Shown here piece by piece: positions 1-8,843 of a DNA stretch of 64,000 nucleotides; within the stretch, counting starts at the first letter, position 1; each line of letters opens with the position of its first letter. The DNA is from Myxococcota bacterium. Its GTDB lineage: Bacteria; Myxococcota_A; UBA9160; SZUA-336. The notes beneath the pieces were generated by a model. That model did no database searches, was not told the origin of the DNA, and was given only the letters and a program-made list of their open reading frames with translations. Made by a program: the position numbers and the translations under genes. Where the stretch lies: assembly GCA_044450765.1 (NCBI GenBank), contig JBIOJK010000001.1, positions 36,092 to 100,091 of the forward strand, read 5' to 3'.

Positions 1-267
1 CGGGTCGGTCTGCACCCCGAGATTCGCAACTTGACGGCCGAGGCCGACCGGGTCGCCGCCGAGCTCGTGATCCGCGGCCGCTCGAAGGCGAGCGGCCAGG
101 ACTACGAGAATCACTACCACTTCTTGTTCGTGGTCCGCGCTGGGAAGATCGCCGAGTTCCACGAGCACCTCGACACGCTCTACGCGTTCCGCGCGCTGTT
201 CGAGCCGGCGGGCATCGTCGCGCCCAAGCACGTCCCCTGGCTGCCCGGAGCGGGCGAGTCGGACTGA
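1..267 (+). CDS. NTF2/SnoaL-like domain protein, 5'-truncated by window edge
   Basis: Frame open from nt 1 (no stop), ends TGA 265-267; C-terminal segment YENHYHFLFVVRAGKIAEFHEHLDTLYA has NTF2/ketosteroid-isomerase-like character; 5 nt upstream of a flavoprotein monooxygenase. Family call by eye only. Confidence 0.35.
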   Translation, partial: RVGLHPEIRNLTAEADRVAAELVIRGRSKASGQDYENHYHFLFVVRAGKIAEFHEHLDTLYAFRALFEPAGIVAPKHVPWLPGAGESD

Positions 268-271
268 CTCG

Positions 272-1483
272 ATGCGGGTCGCGATCGCGGGCGCGGGGCC
301 GGCTGGCGCGGCGCTCGCGCTCCTGCTCGCACGCCGCGGCATCGGAGTCACACTGCTCGAGCGGCAGAGTGACTTCGCGCGCGAGTTCCGCGGCGAGGGG
401 CTGATGCCAGGCGGGGTCGACGCGCTCGAGCAGATGGGGCTCGGCGCCGAGCTCGACGCGCTGCCCCAGGCGCGGATCCGAAACCTCGACGTGTTCCTGA
501 ACGGGCGGCACCGACTGCACCTCGACGCTTCCGCGCTGCCGCCGGACCTCCCCCTGCCCCGCTTCGTCTCGCAGCCCGCCCTGCTCGAGCTCCTGGTCGC
601 GCAGGCCAGCGCGCACGCCGGCTTCGAGCTGCTGCGCGGCGCGAGCGTGCGCGACCTGGTGCACGCCGACGGTCGGGTCGTCGGGCTGCGCGTCGACGGC
701 GCAGCGGGCGCGCGCGAGCTGCGCGCGGACTACGTGATCGGCTGCGACGGACGGGCCTCCGTCGTGCGCAAGCGGGCCGGCCTCGAGCGCGCGCGCGAGT
801 CACAGGCCTTCGACGTGGTCTGGTGCAAGCTGCCGCTGCCGGAGTTCATGCGCGGCTGCGCGCGCGGCTGCATCGGCCGCGGGCACTTCGCAATCGTCTT
901 CGAGGCCCCCGACGGTCTCCTGCAGCTCGGCTGGGCGATCGAAAAGGGCACCTACGGCGACATCCGGCGCGGCGGAATCGAGCACTGGACCCAGCAGCTC
1001 GCGCAATACCTCCCCGACGACCTCGCCGGCTGGGTGCGCGCGCACGCCGGCGAGATCCAGCACCCGTTTCTGCTCGACGTGGTCTGCGATCACCTCGACG
1101 CCTGGAGCGCGCCGGGGGTTCTCCTGCTCGGCGACGCCGCGCACCCGATGTCTCCGGTCGGCGCGCAGGGGATCAACATCGCGCTGCGCGACACGCTCGT
1201 GGCGGCGAATCACCTGGGCCCGGCGCTGCAGCGAGGCGCGAGCCCCGCCGAGCTCGACCTCGCGGCGCAGCGGGTCAGCGCCGAGCGGCTGCCCGAGGTG
1301 AAGGAGATTCAGTCACTACAGGTGGCCGCGCCGCGCGTGCTGCTGCAGCGCTCGCTCGGCGCGCGGCTGATCATGCGCACGATCGTGCCGTTCGCCCTGC
1401 GGACCGGCCTCGCGGCGCTCGCGGTGCGCAGCGTATTCCCGCGCTTTGCGCGCGGCACGGCGGAAGTCACTCTGCGCTTCTGA
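272..1483 (+). CDS. FAD-dependent aromatic hydroxylase (class A flavoprotein monooxygenase, UbiH/salicylate hydroxylase-like)
   Basis: 403 aa; N-terminal Rossmann MRVAIAGAGPAGAALALLLARRG, downstream GCDG and GDAAHPMSPVGAQGIN FAD fingerprints. Confidence 0.8.
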   Translation: MRVAIAGAGPAGAALALLLARRGIGVTLLERQSDFAREFRGEGLMPGGVDALEQMGLGAELDALPQARIRNLDVFLNGRHRLHLDASALPPDLPLPRFVSQPALLELLVAQASAHAGFELLRGASVRDLVHADGRVVGLRVDGAAGARELRADYVIGCDGRASVVRKRAGLERARESQAFDVVWCKLPLPEFMRGCARGCIGRGHFAIVFEAPDGLLQLGWAIEKGTYGDIRRGGIEHWTQQLAQYLPDDLAGWVRAHAGEIQHPFLLDVVCDHLDAWSAPGVLLLGDAAHPMSPVGAQGINIALRDTLVAANHLGPALQRGASPAELDLAAQRVSAERLPEVKEIQSLQVAAPRVLLQRSLGARLIMRTIVPFALRTGLAALAVRSVFPRFARGTAEVTLRF

Positions 1484-2114
1484 GCTCGCGCCCGAGCGCC
1501 GAGAGCGCGCGCTCGAGCAGCTCGAGATTGCGCGCGACGCCGCTCGCGCGCGGATCGATGTGATTCTGGATGAACGTGCCGTCGGCGACCGCCAGCGCGA
1601 AGAGCGAGAGGTCGTCGGCGAGCCGCGCCGAGTTCGCGACGCCCTGCGCCGCGAGCCGCCGCGCGATGCCCTCGCGCAGGCGCACGAGGGCCAGCTTGCG
1701 CACGCGGCGAATCACGCCGAGGGAGGTCTTGTCGATGTGCTTGCGCTCCAGCGCGATCAGGAACAGCAGTCGCAGGAACTCGGGCCGCTGCGCGAGCGCC
1801 GCCGCGGTGTGGGATCCCAGCATCTCGTCCGCGATTGGAGCTCCCGCGGAGGTCTTCGCGGCCGCGCCCAGCTCCTCGAACCAGCGCTGCGCGCCCTCCT
1901 CGACGACCGCTCCGAGCAGGCCCTCCTTGCTCTCGAAGTGCCAATAGATCGAGCTCGCGGGCAGCCCGGAGCGGCGACTCACTTCCGAGATGCTGGTGCC
2001 CGCGAAGCCGCGCTCCGCCATCAGCATCGACGCCACGTCGAGGATGCGGCGGCGCGACTCCGCGCCCTGCTGCGCCTTGCGCGTCGGCGCCCGCTCCGTC
2101 GCGATCCGGCTCAA
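1467..2114 (-). CDS. TetR family transcriptional regulator
   Basis: 215 aa; TetR_N HTH RRRILDVASMLMAERGFAGTSISEVSRRSGLPASSIYWHF; TTG start overlaps stop of upstream amidohydrolase (TTGA). Confidence 0.85.
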   Translation of the reverse strand: MSRIATERAPTRKAQQGAESRRRILDVASMLMAERGFAGTSISEVSRRSGLPASSIYWHFESKEGLLGAVVEEGAQRWFEELGAAAKTSAGAPIADEMLGSHTAAALAQRPEFLRLLFLIALERKHIDKTSLGVIRRVRKLALVRLREGIARRLAAQGVANSARLADDLSLFALAVADGTFIQNHIDPRASGVARNLELLERALSALGRELRSAE

Positions 2115-3085
2115 GCGTCGTCTCGCAGGCGTTCCGCCAGGCGCGGGAACAGCGCCTGCGCGTTCTCGCGCTCGACGCGCGCGCGCGCCGCCGCGTCGAA
2201 GCCGTCGTAGCGCGCGAGTCCCTCGATCGACGCGCGCCCGATCGCCTCGGGCGCGAACGGGAAGTCACTGCCGAAGAGGATGCGGTCCGACCCGACCAGC
2301 TCCTGCAGCGAGCGCAGGGCCCCGGCGTTGGCCGAGAGCGCGGTGTCGTAGTGGAACTGCGCGAGATAGTGAGCCGCGCCTTTCGGGGCGCGCTCGCGGA
2401 ACTGCGGGAACGCACCCAGCAGGCCGATGCGACCCGCGAGATAGGGCGTCGCGCCGCCCGCGTGCGACAGGATGATGCGCAGGTTCGTCCGCCGCTCCAT
2501 CGTGCCGGTCCAGATCAGGTTGATCGCGGCGCGCGTGGTGTCGAAGACGAACTCGGCGGCGAAGCCCGGCACTTCCAGTCGGATCGACTCGCTCGTCTTG
2601 GGGACCGTCGGGTGGACGAACACGACCGCGGCTCGCCGGTCGAGCTCGGCCATCACGTCGTCGAAGAGCGGATCACCGAGATAGCGGCCGTCGCTCTGAC
2701 TCGTGAGCAGGACAACGCCGTCGAGCTTCAGCACGTCGAGCGCGTACTCGAGCTCGCGCAGCGCGCCCTTCACGTCCGGCAGCGGCAGTATGGCGAAGGC
2801 GCCGAAGCGAGTCGGATGGTCCGCAACCAGCTTGGCCGAGATCTCGTTGCATCTTCGCGCGAGGTCGCGCGCGAGTGCATCGTCGCCGAAGTGCACCCCC
2901 GGCGCCGAGATCGAAGTCACCGCCATGGCGATCCCCAGGCGGTCGAGCACCTCGAGCGCGCTCGCGGGATCCCAGCGCGGAAGCGGGATCCCGGCGCCCT
3001 CGCCGACACCGATCCGCGCGAGCTCGGCGACGTACGGCGCGGGCAGAATGTGGTGGTGGACGTCGATGCGACCCGGAAGACTCAC
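2111..3085 (-). CDS. amidohydrolase_2 family metal-dependent hydrolase/decarboxylase (ACMSD/LigW/LigJ-like)
   Basis: IDVHHHILP HxH metal motif near N-terminus, about 324 aa; GTG start at 3085 overlaps the dioxygenase stop (GTGA). The ORF-track ATG at 3157 would overlap the dioxygenase by 76 nt and add an Arg-rich leader, so the GTG start is preferred. Confidence 0.7.
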   Translation of the reverse strand: MSLPGRIDVHHHILPAPYVAELARIGVGEGAGIPLPRWDPASALEVLDRLGIAMAVTSISAPGVHFGDDALARDLARRCNEISAKLVADHPTRFGAFAILPLPDVKGALRELEYALDVLKLDGVVLLTSQSDGRYLGDPLFDDVMAELDRRAAVVFVHPTVPKTSESIRLEVPGFAAEFVFDTTRAAINLIWTGTMERRTNLRIILSHAGGATPYLAGRIGLLGAFPQFRERAPKGAAHYLAQFHYDTALSANAGALRSLQELVGSDRILFGSDFPFAPEAIGRASIEGLARYDGFDAAARARVERENAQALFPRLAERLRDDA

Positions 3086-3978
3086 TCCGGGCCTCCGATC
3101 GCGACGCCCGGCTTGTGCCCCCAGATACTCACGTGGTCGTAGGTGTGGACGACCCAAGTCGAGTCGTCGACCTTCACGCCGCCGTGGCCGATCTCGACGT
3201 CGAAGCCGGACGGTGTCTTGGCGTAGAACGAGTACATCCCGTCGTTCGGATGCTTGCCGAGATCCATGCTGAACGGCACGCGCGCCTCGAGGCAGCGGTC
3301 GTGGGCGCGGCCCACGTCGTCCTGTGACTGGACCTCGAGCATGAAGTGGTGGATTCGCTTGGGCATCGGCACCGACGCGAAGGCGATCGAGTGGTGGCGC
3401 GCGTTCGCATGCAGGAAGCGGAGCTGCAGCGTGAAGCTCGGATTCAGCGGCACGCGGACCTGGTCGCTGAGTCGCAGTCCCAGAAGCTCGGTGTAGAACC
3501 GCTCCGTCGCCGCGGGATCCTTTGCGCAGATCACCGCGTGTCCGACGCCTTCCTCGCCGGTCACGAACCCCGACGAGACTCTGCTCGAATGGAACGGCTC
3601 GCGCGCCACCGCCGCACCGACGTAGAGCTCGATCGGGATGCCGGTCGGGTCCGCGAGCTGCAGCAACCGAGTGACTCGCCGCGCGGCGGCGGTCTCCGGT
3701 TTGCCCTCGCCCACCGAGCAGCCCGCGCGCGCGAGCCGCGCGCCGAGCGCGTCGAGCTCGGCGTCGTTCGCGACCTCGAAGCCGAGATAGGCGAGGTCGT
3801 CGGCGGGGCCGGGATGCAGCGCGATGCGCTGCTCGCGGTCGTCGATGCGCAGGGAAAGCGAGCCGTCGGCGCCGCGGTGCGCGGGCTCGAGCCCGAGCAC
3901 GTCTACGGCGAAGCGCTCCCAGCGCGCCAGATCACTCACTTCGAAGCCTAGATAGCCGAGCTGTCGAACGGAAGTCAT
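3082..3978 (-). CDS. type I extradiol ring-cleavage dioxygenase (catechol 2,3-dioxygenase/BphC/HsaC-like, VOC fold)
   Basis: 298 aa two-module glyoxalase-fold protein; conserved His/Glu ligand context (HAVICAKD, HHSIAF, HHFMLEV, YSFYAKTPSGFDVEIG). Confidence 0.8.
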   Translation of the reverse strand: MTSVRQLGYLGFEVSDLARWERFAVDVLGLEPAHRGADGSLSLRIDDREQRIALHPGPADDLAYLGFEVANDAELDALGARLARAGCSVGEGKPETAAARRVTRLLQLADPTGIPIELYVGAAVAREPFHSSRVSSGFVTGEEGVGHAVICAKDPAATERFYTELLGLRLSDQVRVPLNPSFTLQLRFLHANARHHSIAFASVPMPKRIHHFMLEVQSQDDVGRAHDRCLEARVPFSMDLGKHPNDGMYSFYAKTPSGFDVEIGHGGVKVDDSTWVVHTYDHVSIWGHKPGVAIGGPE

Positions 3979-3992
3979 TGCGGTCTCCCTCG

Positions 3993-5201
3993 CTAGACGA
4001 ACAGGTCGCCGCGGTCGGTCGGCGCGGTTTCGGGCGAGAGCTCGAAACGGGCGAACAGGCGGGCGCCTTTGTCCGGGTTGTTGGACGCGTGCGCGCGCAT
4101 CGCGTGCACGTCGCGAAACACGCGCTGGATCGGGTTGTCCAGGAAGATCGCGCGGCCGCCGCTTGCCTCGAACAGCCGGTCGACCGCGTGCACGCCGCGT
4201 GCGACGGCCTGGGTCCCGTCGAAGCGGCAGCGGATGCGCGGTCCGAGCGGAATTCCCGCGCCGGCCTGCGCCAGCTCGACCAGCTCGCGCCAGTCGCGGC
4301 GCAGCGTCTCGCGCGCGCCGTCGATCGCGGAGGCGGCCTCCGAGAGCCGAGCCTGCATGAAGGGGTCCTCGGACGCGCGCCCGCCGCCGACCGCGATGAC
4401 ACGCGTCCGTGTCGTCTGGGTGAACAGCTCGAGTGCGCCGCGCGCGGCGCCGAGCGCGGGCACCGCAATCGCGCTGGAAAAGACACAGCCGAGCGGCAGC
4501 TTGAACAGCGCCCCCGTGTTCTGCTCCTGACCCGGGCTCTTCAGCAGGAACGCGTCGACGAAGCGGTGGGTGCGGTGCTCGGGCACGAACGCGCCGTCGA
4601 CGACGATGTCCTTGCTGCCCGTGCCGCAGAGTCCGGCGACGCGCCAGTTGTCGTCGATCCGGTAGTCGGAGCGCGGCAGAAGGAACGTGCGCACGTCCGG
4701 GAACGGAGCGTCGCCCGGCGCGATCGCGCCGAGGAAGATCCAGTCACAGTGATCGCAGCCGCTCGAGAAGGACCAGCGGCCCGAGAGTCGAAAGCCGCCG
4801 GGGACGCGCTCGGCCTTGCCGGTCGGCGCGTACGACGACGAGATCTGGACCGAGCTGTCTTCGCCCCAGACGTCGCGCTGCGCCTGGTCGGGGAACAGGC
4901 CGAGCTGCCAGTTGTGGACGCCGACCACGCCGAGCACCCAGCCGCTCGAGCTGCAGGCGGCCGAGACGTCCATCACGGCTTCGTAGAACGTCCACGGGTC
5001 GAGCTCGAAGCCGCCCCAGCGCTTCGGCTGCAGCGCGCGCAGCAGGCCGCGCGCCTGAAAGTCCTTCATGGTCTCGTCCGGCAAGCGCCGGAGCGCTTCG
5101 CAGGCCGCCGCGCGTTCGCGCAGCGCCGGCAGCAGCGCTCGGACCTGGGCCAGGTAGTCGTCGGCTCTCATGGGACCTCCCTTCTGTATCGATCGATACA
5201 T
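3993..5201 (-). CDS. group D flavin-dependent monooxygenase, acyl-CoA dehydrogenase fold (HsaA/HpaB-C2/DszC-like oxygenase component)
   Basis: 402 aa; ACAD-like N and middle domains (WGGFELDPWTFYEAVMDVSAACSSSGWVLGV, SGRWSFSSGCDHCDW); 14 nt upstream of the dioxygenase on the same strand; no flavin reductase in the window. Confidence 0.75.
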   Translation of the reverse strand: MYRSIQKGGPMRADDYLAQVRALLPALRERAAACEALRRLPDETMKDFQARGLLRALQPKRWGGFELDPWTFYEAVMDVSAACSSSGWVLGVVGVHNWQLGLFPDQAQRDVWGEDSSVQISSSYAPTGKAERVPGGFRLSGRWSFSSGCDHCDWIFLGAIAPGDAPFPDVRTFLLPRSDYRIDDNWRVAGLCGTGSKDIVVDGAFVPEHRTHRFVDAFLLKSPGQEQNTGALFKLPLGCVFSSAIAVPALGAARGALELFTQTTRTRVIAVGGGRASEDPFMQARLSEAASAIDGARETLRRDWRELVELAQAGAGIPLGPRIRCRFDGTQAVARGVHAVDRLFEASGGRAIFLDNPIQRVFRDVHAMRAHASNNPDKGARLFARFELSPETAPTDRGDLFV

Positions 5202-5244
5202 ACACCAGCGCCGCGAGCCGATGCAAGCCCCATTTTGCGCGTTC

Positions 5245-6204
5245 TCAGCCGCCGGACGGGGCCGGGGGCGGGCTGGTGACGCGCGTCGGCACGCCGATCC
5301 GGCGCTGCCCGGCCCGCTCGACGAGCTGCCAGTCGACGCGCTTCACCTGCTTCCCGGCCGCGCGCGCGACCTGCTCGCGCAGGCCCTTCGGCGCGCGCAG
5401 CTCGGCGAGCTTCCCGGTCTCGTCGAGCTCGAGTGACTGCTGAGGATCGGGATTCACCTCGAGATACAGCTCACCCGCGATCCAGCCGAGCTTCACCGGC
5501 TCGTTGATCACTCGCACCGGCGTGCCCGGCTGCACCTTCGCGTAGAGCTCCGCGATGTCGTCCGGGTAGAGCCGGATGCAGCCGCGGCTCGAGTGTCGCC
5601 CGACTCCGCGCGGATCGTTCGTTCCGTGAATCAGGTAGGACGGCCAGCCGAGATAGAGCGCGTACTCGCCGAGCGGGTTGTCGGGCCCGGGCTGGATCGC
5701 CGCGGGCAGCTCCGGCTTGTCGCGCCGCGCCGACTCGCCCGGAACCCAGACGGGCTTTTCCTTCTTGGCCTTCACCGTGGTGACACCGATCGGTGTAGAA
5801 TAGCCGTCCTTCGCGATGCCGATCGGGTACGCGCGCGGCGGCGCGCCCGGCGCGAAGTAGTACAGGTGCAAGTCGCCGACGTTGACCACGATGCCCTCGC
5901 GCTTGCCGCTCGGCAGGAGCCGCGCGCCGGGCACCGCGAGGCGCGTGCCGTCGCCCGGCAGCCACGGGTCGACGCCGGGATTCGCGGCGACGAGCTCGAC
6001 GTACCCGACGCGCAGCGCGGGCGCGAGATCGATCAGCGTGTCCTCCTCGCGCGTCTCGTGGAAGGACAGCGCGCCGACCAGGTCACTCGACGGCGGAGGC
6101 GACTCGAGCAGGTAGTGCGGCGGCTCCGGCGCGCGCGCGCACGCCGAGACGAGGAACGCCGCGAGTGCCGCGCTACGGGCGGATCTCGATCGGCGTCCCG
6201 TCAT
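5245..6204 (-). CDS. L,D-transpeptidase (YkuD domain) lipoprotein
   Basis: 319 aa; signal plus lipobox-like FLVSAC; catalytic motif HGTNDPRGVGRHSSRGCIRL (His/Cys). Confidence 0.8.
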   Translation of the reverse strand: MTGRRSRSARSAALAAFLVSACARAPEPPHYLLESPPPSSDLVGALSFHETREEDTLIDLAPALRVGYVELVAANPGVDPWLPGDGTRLAVPGARLLPSGKREGIVVNVGDLHLYYFAPGAPPRAYPIGIAKDGYSTPIGVTTVKAKKEKPVWVPGESARRDKPELPAAIQPGPDNPLGEYALYLGWPSYLIHGTNDPRGVGRHSSRGCIRLYPDDIAELYAKVQPGTPVRVINEPVKLGWIAGELYLEVNPDPQQSLELDETGKLAELRAPKGLREQVARAAGKQVKRVDWQLVERAGQRRIGVPTRVTSPPPAPSGG

Positions 6205-6577
6205 CCACGCGCTCCCATATCTCGTCCATCTCGTCGTCGGATACGGCGATACAGCCGTTCGTCCAGTCGTACGACGACTGCACCTCGCCGACCCAGCTCG
6301 CGCTCCGCGGCAGACCGTGAATCATGACGCCCTCGCCTGCGGAGAGCCCGGCGCGCCGCGCGAAGTCCAGATCGCGCTCGTTCGGATACGAGACATGCAG
6401 CGCCCGGTGGAAGCGGCTGTCGTCAATCCGCCAGTCGAGCACGTAGCGGCCCTCGGGGGTGCGGCCGTCGCCGTGATTGTGCTTCGGCCCCGTCGGATTT
6501 CGCCCGAGCGCGATCTCGTAGTCCCGCAGCACGCGGTCGCCGCGCAAGAGCAGCAGCCGGCGCGGACCCTTCAGCAC
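6173..6577 (-). CDS. L,D-transpeptidase catalytic-domain protein (start uncertain; possibly frameshifted continuation of the upstream lipoprotein)
   Basis: C-terminal 134 aa carry the YkuD motif VMIHG...TNGCIAV; first canonical in-frame start after the upstream lipoprotein stop is GTG 6577, which gives no signal peptide. The ORF-track N-terminus (to 6889) is an Arg/Pro-rich out-of-frame read of the Ala-rich lipoprotein gene. Confidence 0.6.
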   Translation of the reverse strand: MLKGPRRLLLLRGDRVLRDYEIALGRNPTGPKHNHGDGRTPEGRYVLDWRIDDSRFHRALHVSYPNERDLDFARRAGLSAGEGVMIHGLPRSASWVGEVQSSYDWTNGCIAVSDDEMDEIWERVDDGTPIEIRP

Positions 6578-6644
6578 GAGGACGAAGTCCGCCTTCTCGA
6601 GCGGCTCGAGCCGATCGTCCGGGGAGCTCGAATCCGGCGCAGCG

Positions 6645-6914
6645 CTACTTGTGGAGGGTGTGCTGGTAGATCCGGTCGCTTTTCTCGCTTGCCTTCTTGG
6701 CCTCCGCAGCGGCCTGGTCGGCCGCCGCGCGCGCGGCGGCGGCGTCGGCCGCAGCGGCCGTCGCCTTCGCATTGGCCTCTTCCGCGATCCGCTTCGCGTC
6801 CGCAGCTTCTTGCCGCGCGGCGTCGATGTCTCCACTCGTCGCGCAGCCGGAAGCCACCAGTCCCAGCGCCAGCGACGCTGCGACGACACTCTGCCTCACT
6901 CCCCGCAAATTCAT
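6645..6914 (-). CDS. Lpp (Braun lipoprotein)-like small lipoprotein with C-terminal Lys
   Basis: 89 aa; signal peptide and lipobox LVASGC; Ala/Gln/Lys-rich coiled-coil-like mature part; ends HTLHK (terminal Lys); immediately upstream of an L,D-transpeptidase gene. Confidence 0.5.
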   Translation of the reverse strand: MNLRGVRQSVVAASLALGLVASGCATSGDIDAARQEAADAKRIAEEANAKATAAAADAAAARAAADQAAAEAKKASEKSDRIYQHTLHK

Positions 6915-7034
6915 GCGCTCTCCTTGTTGGCACTCGCGACCCTACGGAAAGCCGCGGCGTTCGCTCTGTGACCCAGCGCACTCGTACCGCAGATTCGCTT
7001 GACGCGAAAGGAGAGCACGGCTTCAATCGCGCGC

Positions 7035-7568
7035 ATGAAATCGCCCGCCGCGTCCGTGCTGCTCGTGTGCGGCAGCCCGAGTGACCTCGATCTCGTGCTC
7101 GGCTGCGAAGAGGCGCTCGGCGAGCTCGAGATCGCGAGCGCCGTGCGCGTGCTCTCCGCGCACCGCACCCCCGACGAGACCGCGGAAGCCGTGAAGAGCG
7201 CCGAGAAGGAGGGCTTCCGCATCGTGATCGCGTTCGCCGGCATGTCCGCGGCGCTCGCGGGCGTGGCCGCCGCGCACACGCTGCTGCCGGTGATCGGGGT
7301 GCCCTGCGCCAGCGGCGCGCTGGGCGGAATCGACGCGGCGCTCTCGGTGCTGCAGATGCCGCCGGGCACACCGGTCGCCGCGGTCGCGGTCGACGGCGCG
7401 CGCAACGCGGCGCTGCTGGCGGCGCGCATCCTGGCGCTGGGCGACACAGACCTGCGTCAGCGGCTCGCGCGCCGCGCGGCCGAGGACAAGAAGCGCTACG
7501 CGCCCGAGGCAGTCAGCGCCGAGGTCGAGAAGCGGCGCAAGGCGCGCAGGGAGAAGAAGAAGAGCTAG
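7035..7568 (+). CDS. purE: 5-(carboxyamino)imidazole ribonucleotide mutase PurE
   Basis: SAHRTPD and AGMSAALAGVAAAHTLLPVIGVP motifs; start taken at Met13 (MKSPAASVLLVCGSPSD) of the ORF at 6999; Lys-rich C-terminal tail. Confidence 0.8.
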   Translation: MKSPAASVLLVCGSPSDLDLVLGCEEALGELEIASAVRVLSAHRTPDETAEAVKSAEKEGFRIVIAFAGMSAALAGVAAAHTLLPVIGVPCASGALGGIDAALSVLQMPPGTPVAAVAVDGARNAALLAARILALGDTDLRQRLARRAAEDKKRYAPEAVSAEVEKRRKARREKKKS

Positions 7569-7578
7569 CGCTCGCGGG

Positions 7579-8820
7579 CTAGACGTCCTCGAGATCGAGC
7601 AGCTCGTCGATCGTCTGCCGGCGCCGGATCTCGCGCACGTGACCGCCGTCGAGCAGGATCTCGGGCAAGTGCGGACGCGAGTTGTAGTTGCTCGCCTGCG
7701 ACGCGGCGTAGGCGCCGGCGTCGTGCAGCGCGATCAGATCGCCGACCGCGCCCGCCGGCAACTCGCGAGTCACCACGACGCCGCCCTCCTCCTGGGTGAA
7801 CACGTCGCCCGACTCACACAGCGGTCCCGCGACGACGGTCGGCTCGCTCGGGCCGGTCGCGGCCTCGCCGCTCGCACGCACCAGCGAGATCTCGTGGTAG
7901 CTCCCGTACATGGCGGGGCGCATCAGGTCGTTGAAGCCGGCGTCGGCGAGCAGAAAACGCGTGCCGTCCATGCGCTTGGCGGCGAGCACGCGCGAGATCA
8001 GCAGCCCCGATTCGGCCACCAGGAAGCGCCCGGGCTCGATCTCGAGTGACACGCGGTGGCCGAGCGCGGCTTCGATCTCGCGCCGCGCCGCGTCCCAGAG
8101 TCGGTGCAGCGCGACCGTGTCGAATGACTTCTCGCCGGGTCGGTAAGGGATCGGCAGCCCGCCGCCGCCCGAGATTGCGCGCACGTCGAGGCCGGACGCG
8201 CGCACTTGCGCGACCATCGCGGCGCAGACGCGCTGCAGGTGCTCGAAGTCCGCGCCCGAGCCGATGTGCATGTGCAGCCCGACCAGGTCGAGGCGGTACT
8301 TCTCGACCAGGCGCAGCGCCTCGTCGAGACTCGCGTGCCAGATGCCGTGCTTGCTCCAGGGTCCACCGGTGTTGGTCTTGCGGCTGTGCCCATGACCGAA
8401 GCCGGGATTCACGCGCAGCCAGACCCGGTGACCCGGCTTGCGGCGGCCGACCTGCTCGAGCATGTCGGGCGAGCCGGCGTTCACCGGCACGTCGAGCGCG
8501 ATGACACGATCGAGTGTATCCGAGTCGATCACGTCCGCGGTGAACACGACGCCGGCCGGCTCTCCGGCGCCGCCGTAGCCCGCGCGCAGCGCGCGCTCGA
8601 GCTCGCCCCCGGAGACGGCATCGACCAACACGCCCTCGGCCTTCATCAGCCGCAGCACGTGGATGTTCGAGAGCGCCTTCTGCGCGAAGCGAATCACGTC
8701 GAAGGCGCGCAGCTGTGCGATCCGCGCGCGAATCACCGCTGCGTCGTACAGGAAGAACGGCGTGCCGAACTCCCGCGCGAGGCGGACACAGAGCTCTGGA
8801 TCGACGCGCTTCTCGCTCAT
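7579..8820 (-). CDS. lysA: diaminopimelate decarboxylase family (fold-III PLP decarboxylase; LysA or carboxynorspermidine-decarboxylase-like)
   Basis: About 413 aa from internal Met (MSEKRVDPELC); GTPFFLYD, HMHIGSG and C-terminal GPLCESGD motifs of the Orn/DAP/Arg decarboxylase family 2. Confidence 0.75.
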   Translation of the reverse strand: MSEKRVDPELCVRLAREFGTPFFLYDAAVIRARIAQLRAFDVIRFAQKALSNIHVLRLMKAEGVLVDAVSGGELERALRAGYGGAGEPAGVVFTADVIDSDTLDRVIALDVPVNAGSPDMLEQVGRRKPGHRVWLRVNPGFGHGHSRKTNTGGPWSKHGIWHASLDEALRLVEKYRLDLVGLHMHIGSGADFEHLQRVCAAMVAQVRASGLDVRAISGGGGLPIPYRPGEKSFDTVALHRLWDAARREIEAALGHRVSLEIEPGRFLVAESGLLISRVLAAKRMDGTRFLLADAGFNDLMRPAMYGSYHEISLVRASGEAATGPSEPTVVAGPLCESGDVFTQEEGGVVVTRELPAGAVGDLIALHDAGAYAASQASNYNSRPHLPEILLDGGHVREIRRRQTIDELLDLEDV

Positions 8821-8843
8821 CGGGCTGGCATGATAGCAGCGCG

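Noticed and set aside
6577-6889. ATG 6772 or 6889 as start of the second L,D-transpeptidase
   Set aside because: The translation is an Arg/Pro-rich out-of-frame reading of the Ala-rich lipoprotein gene, which is itself well formed in its own frame.
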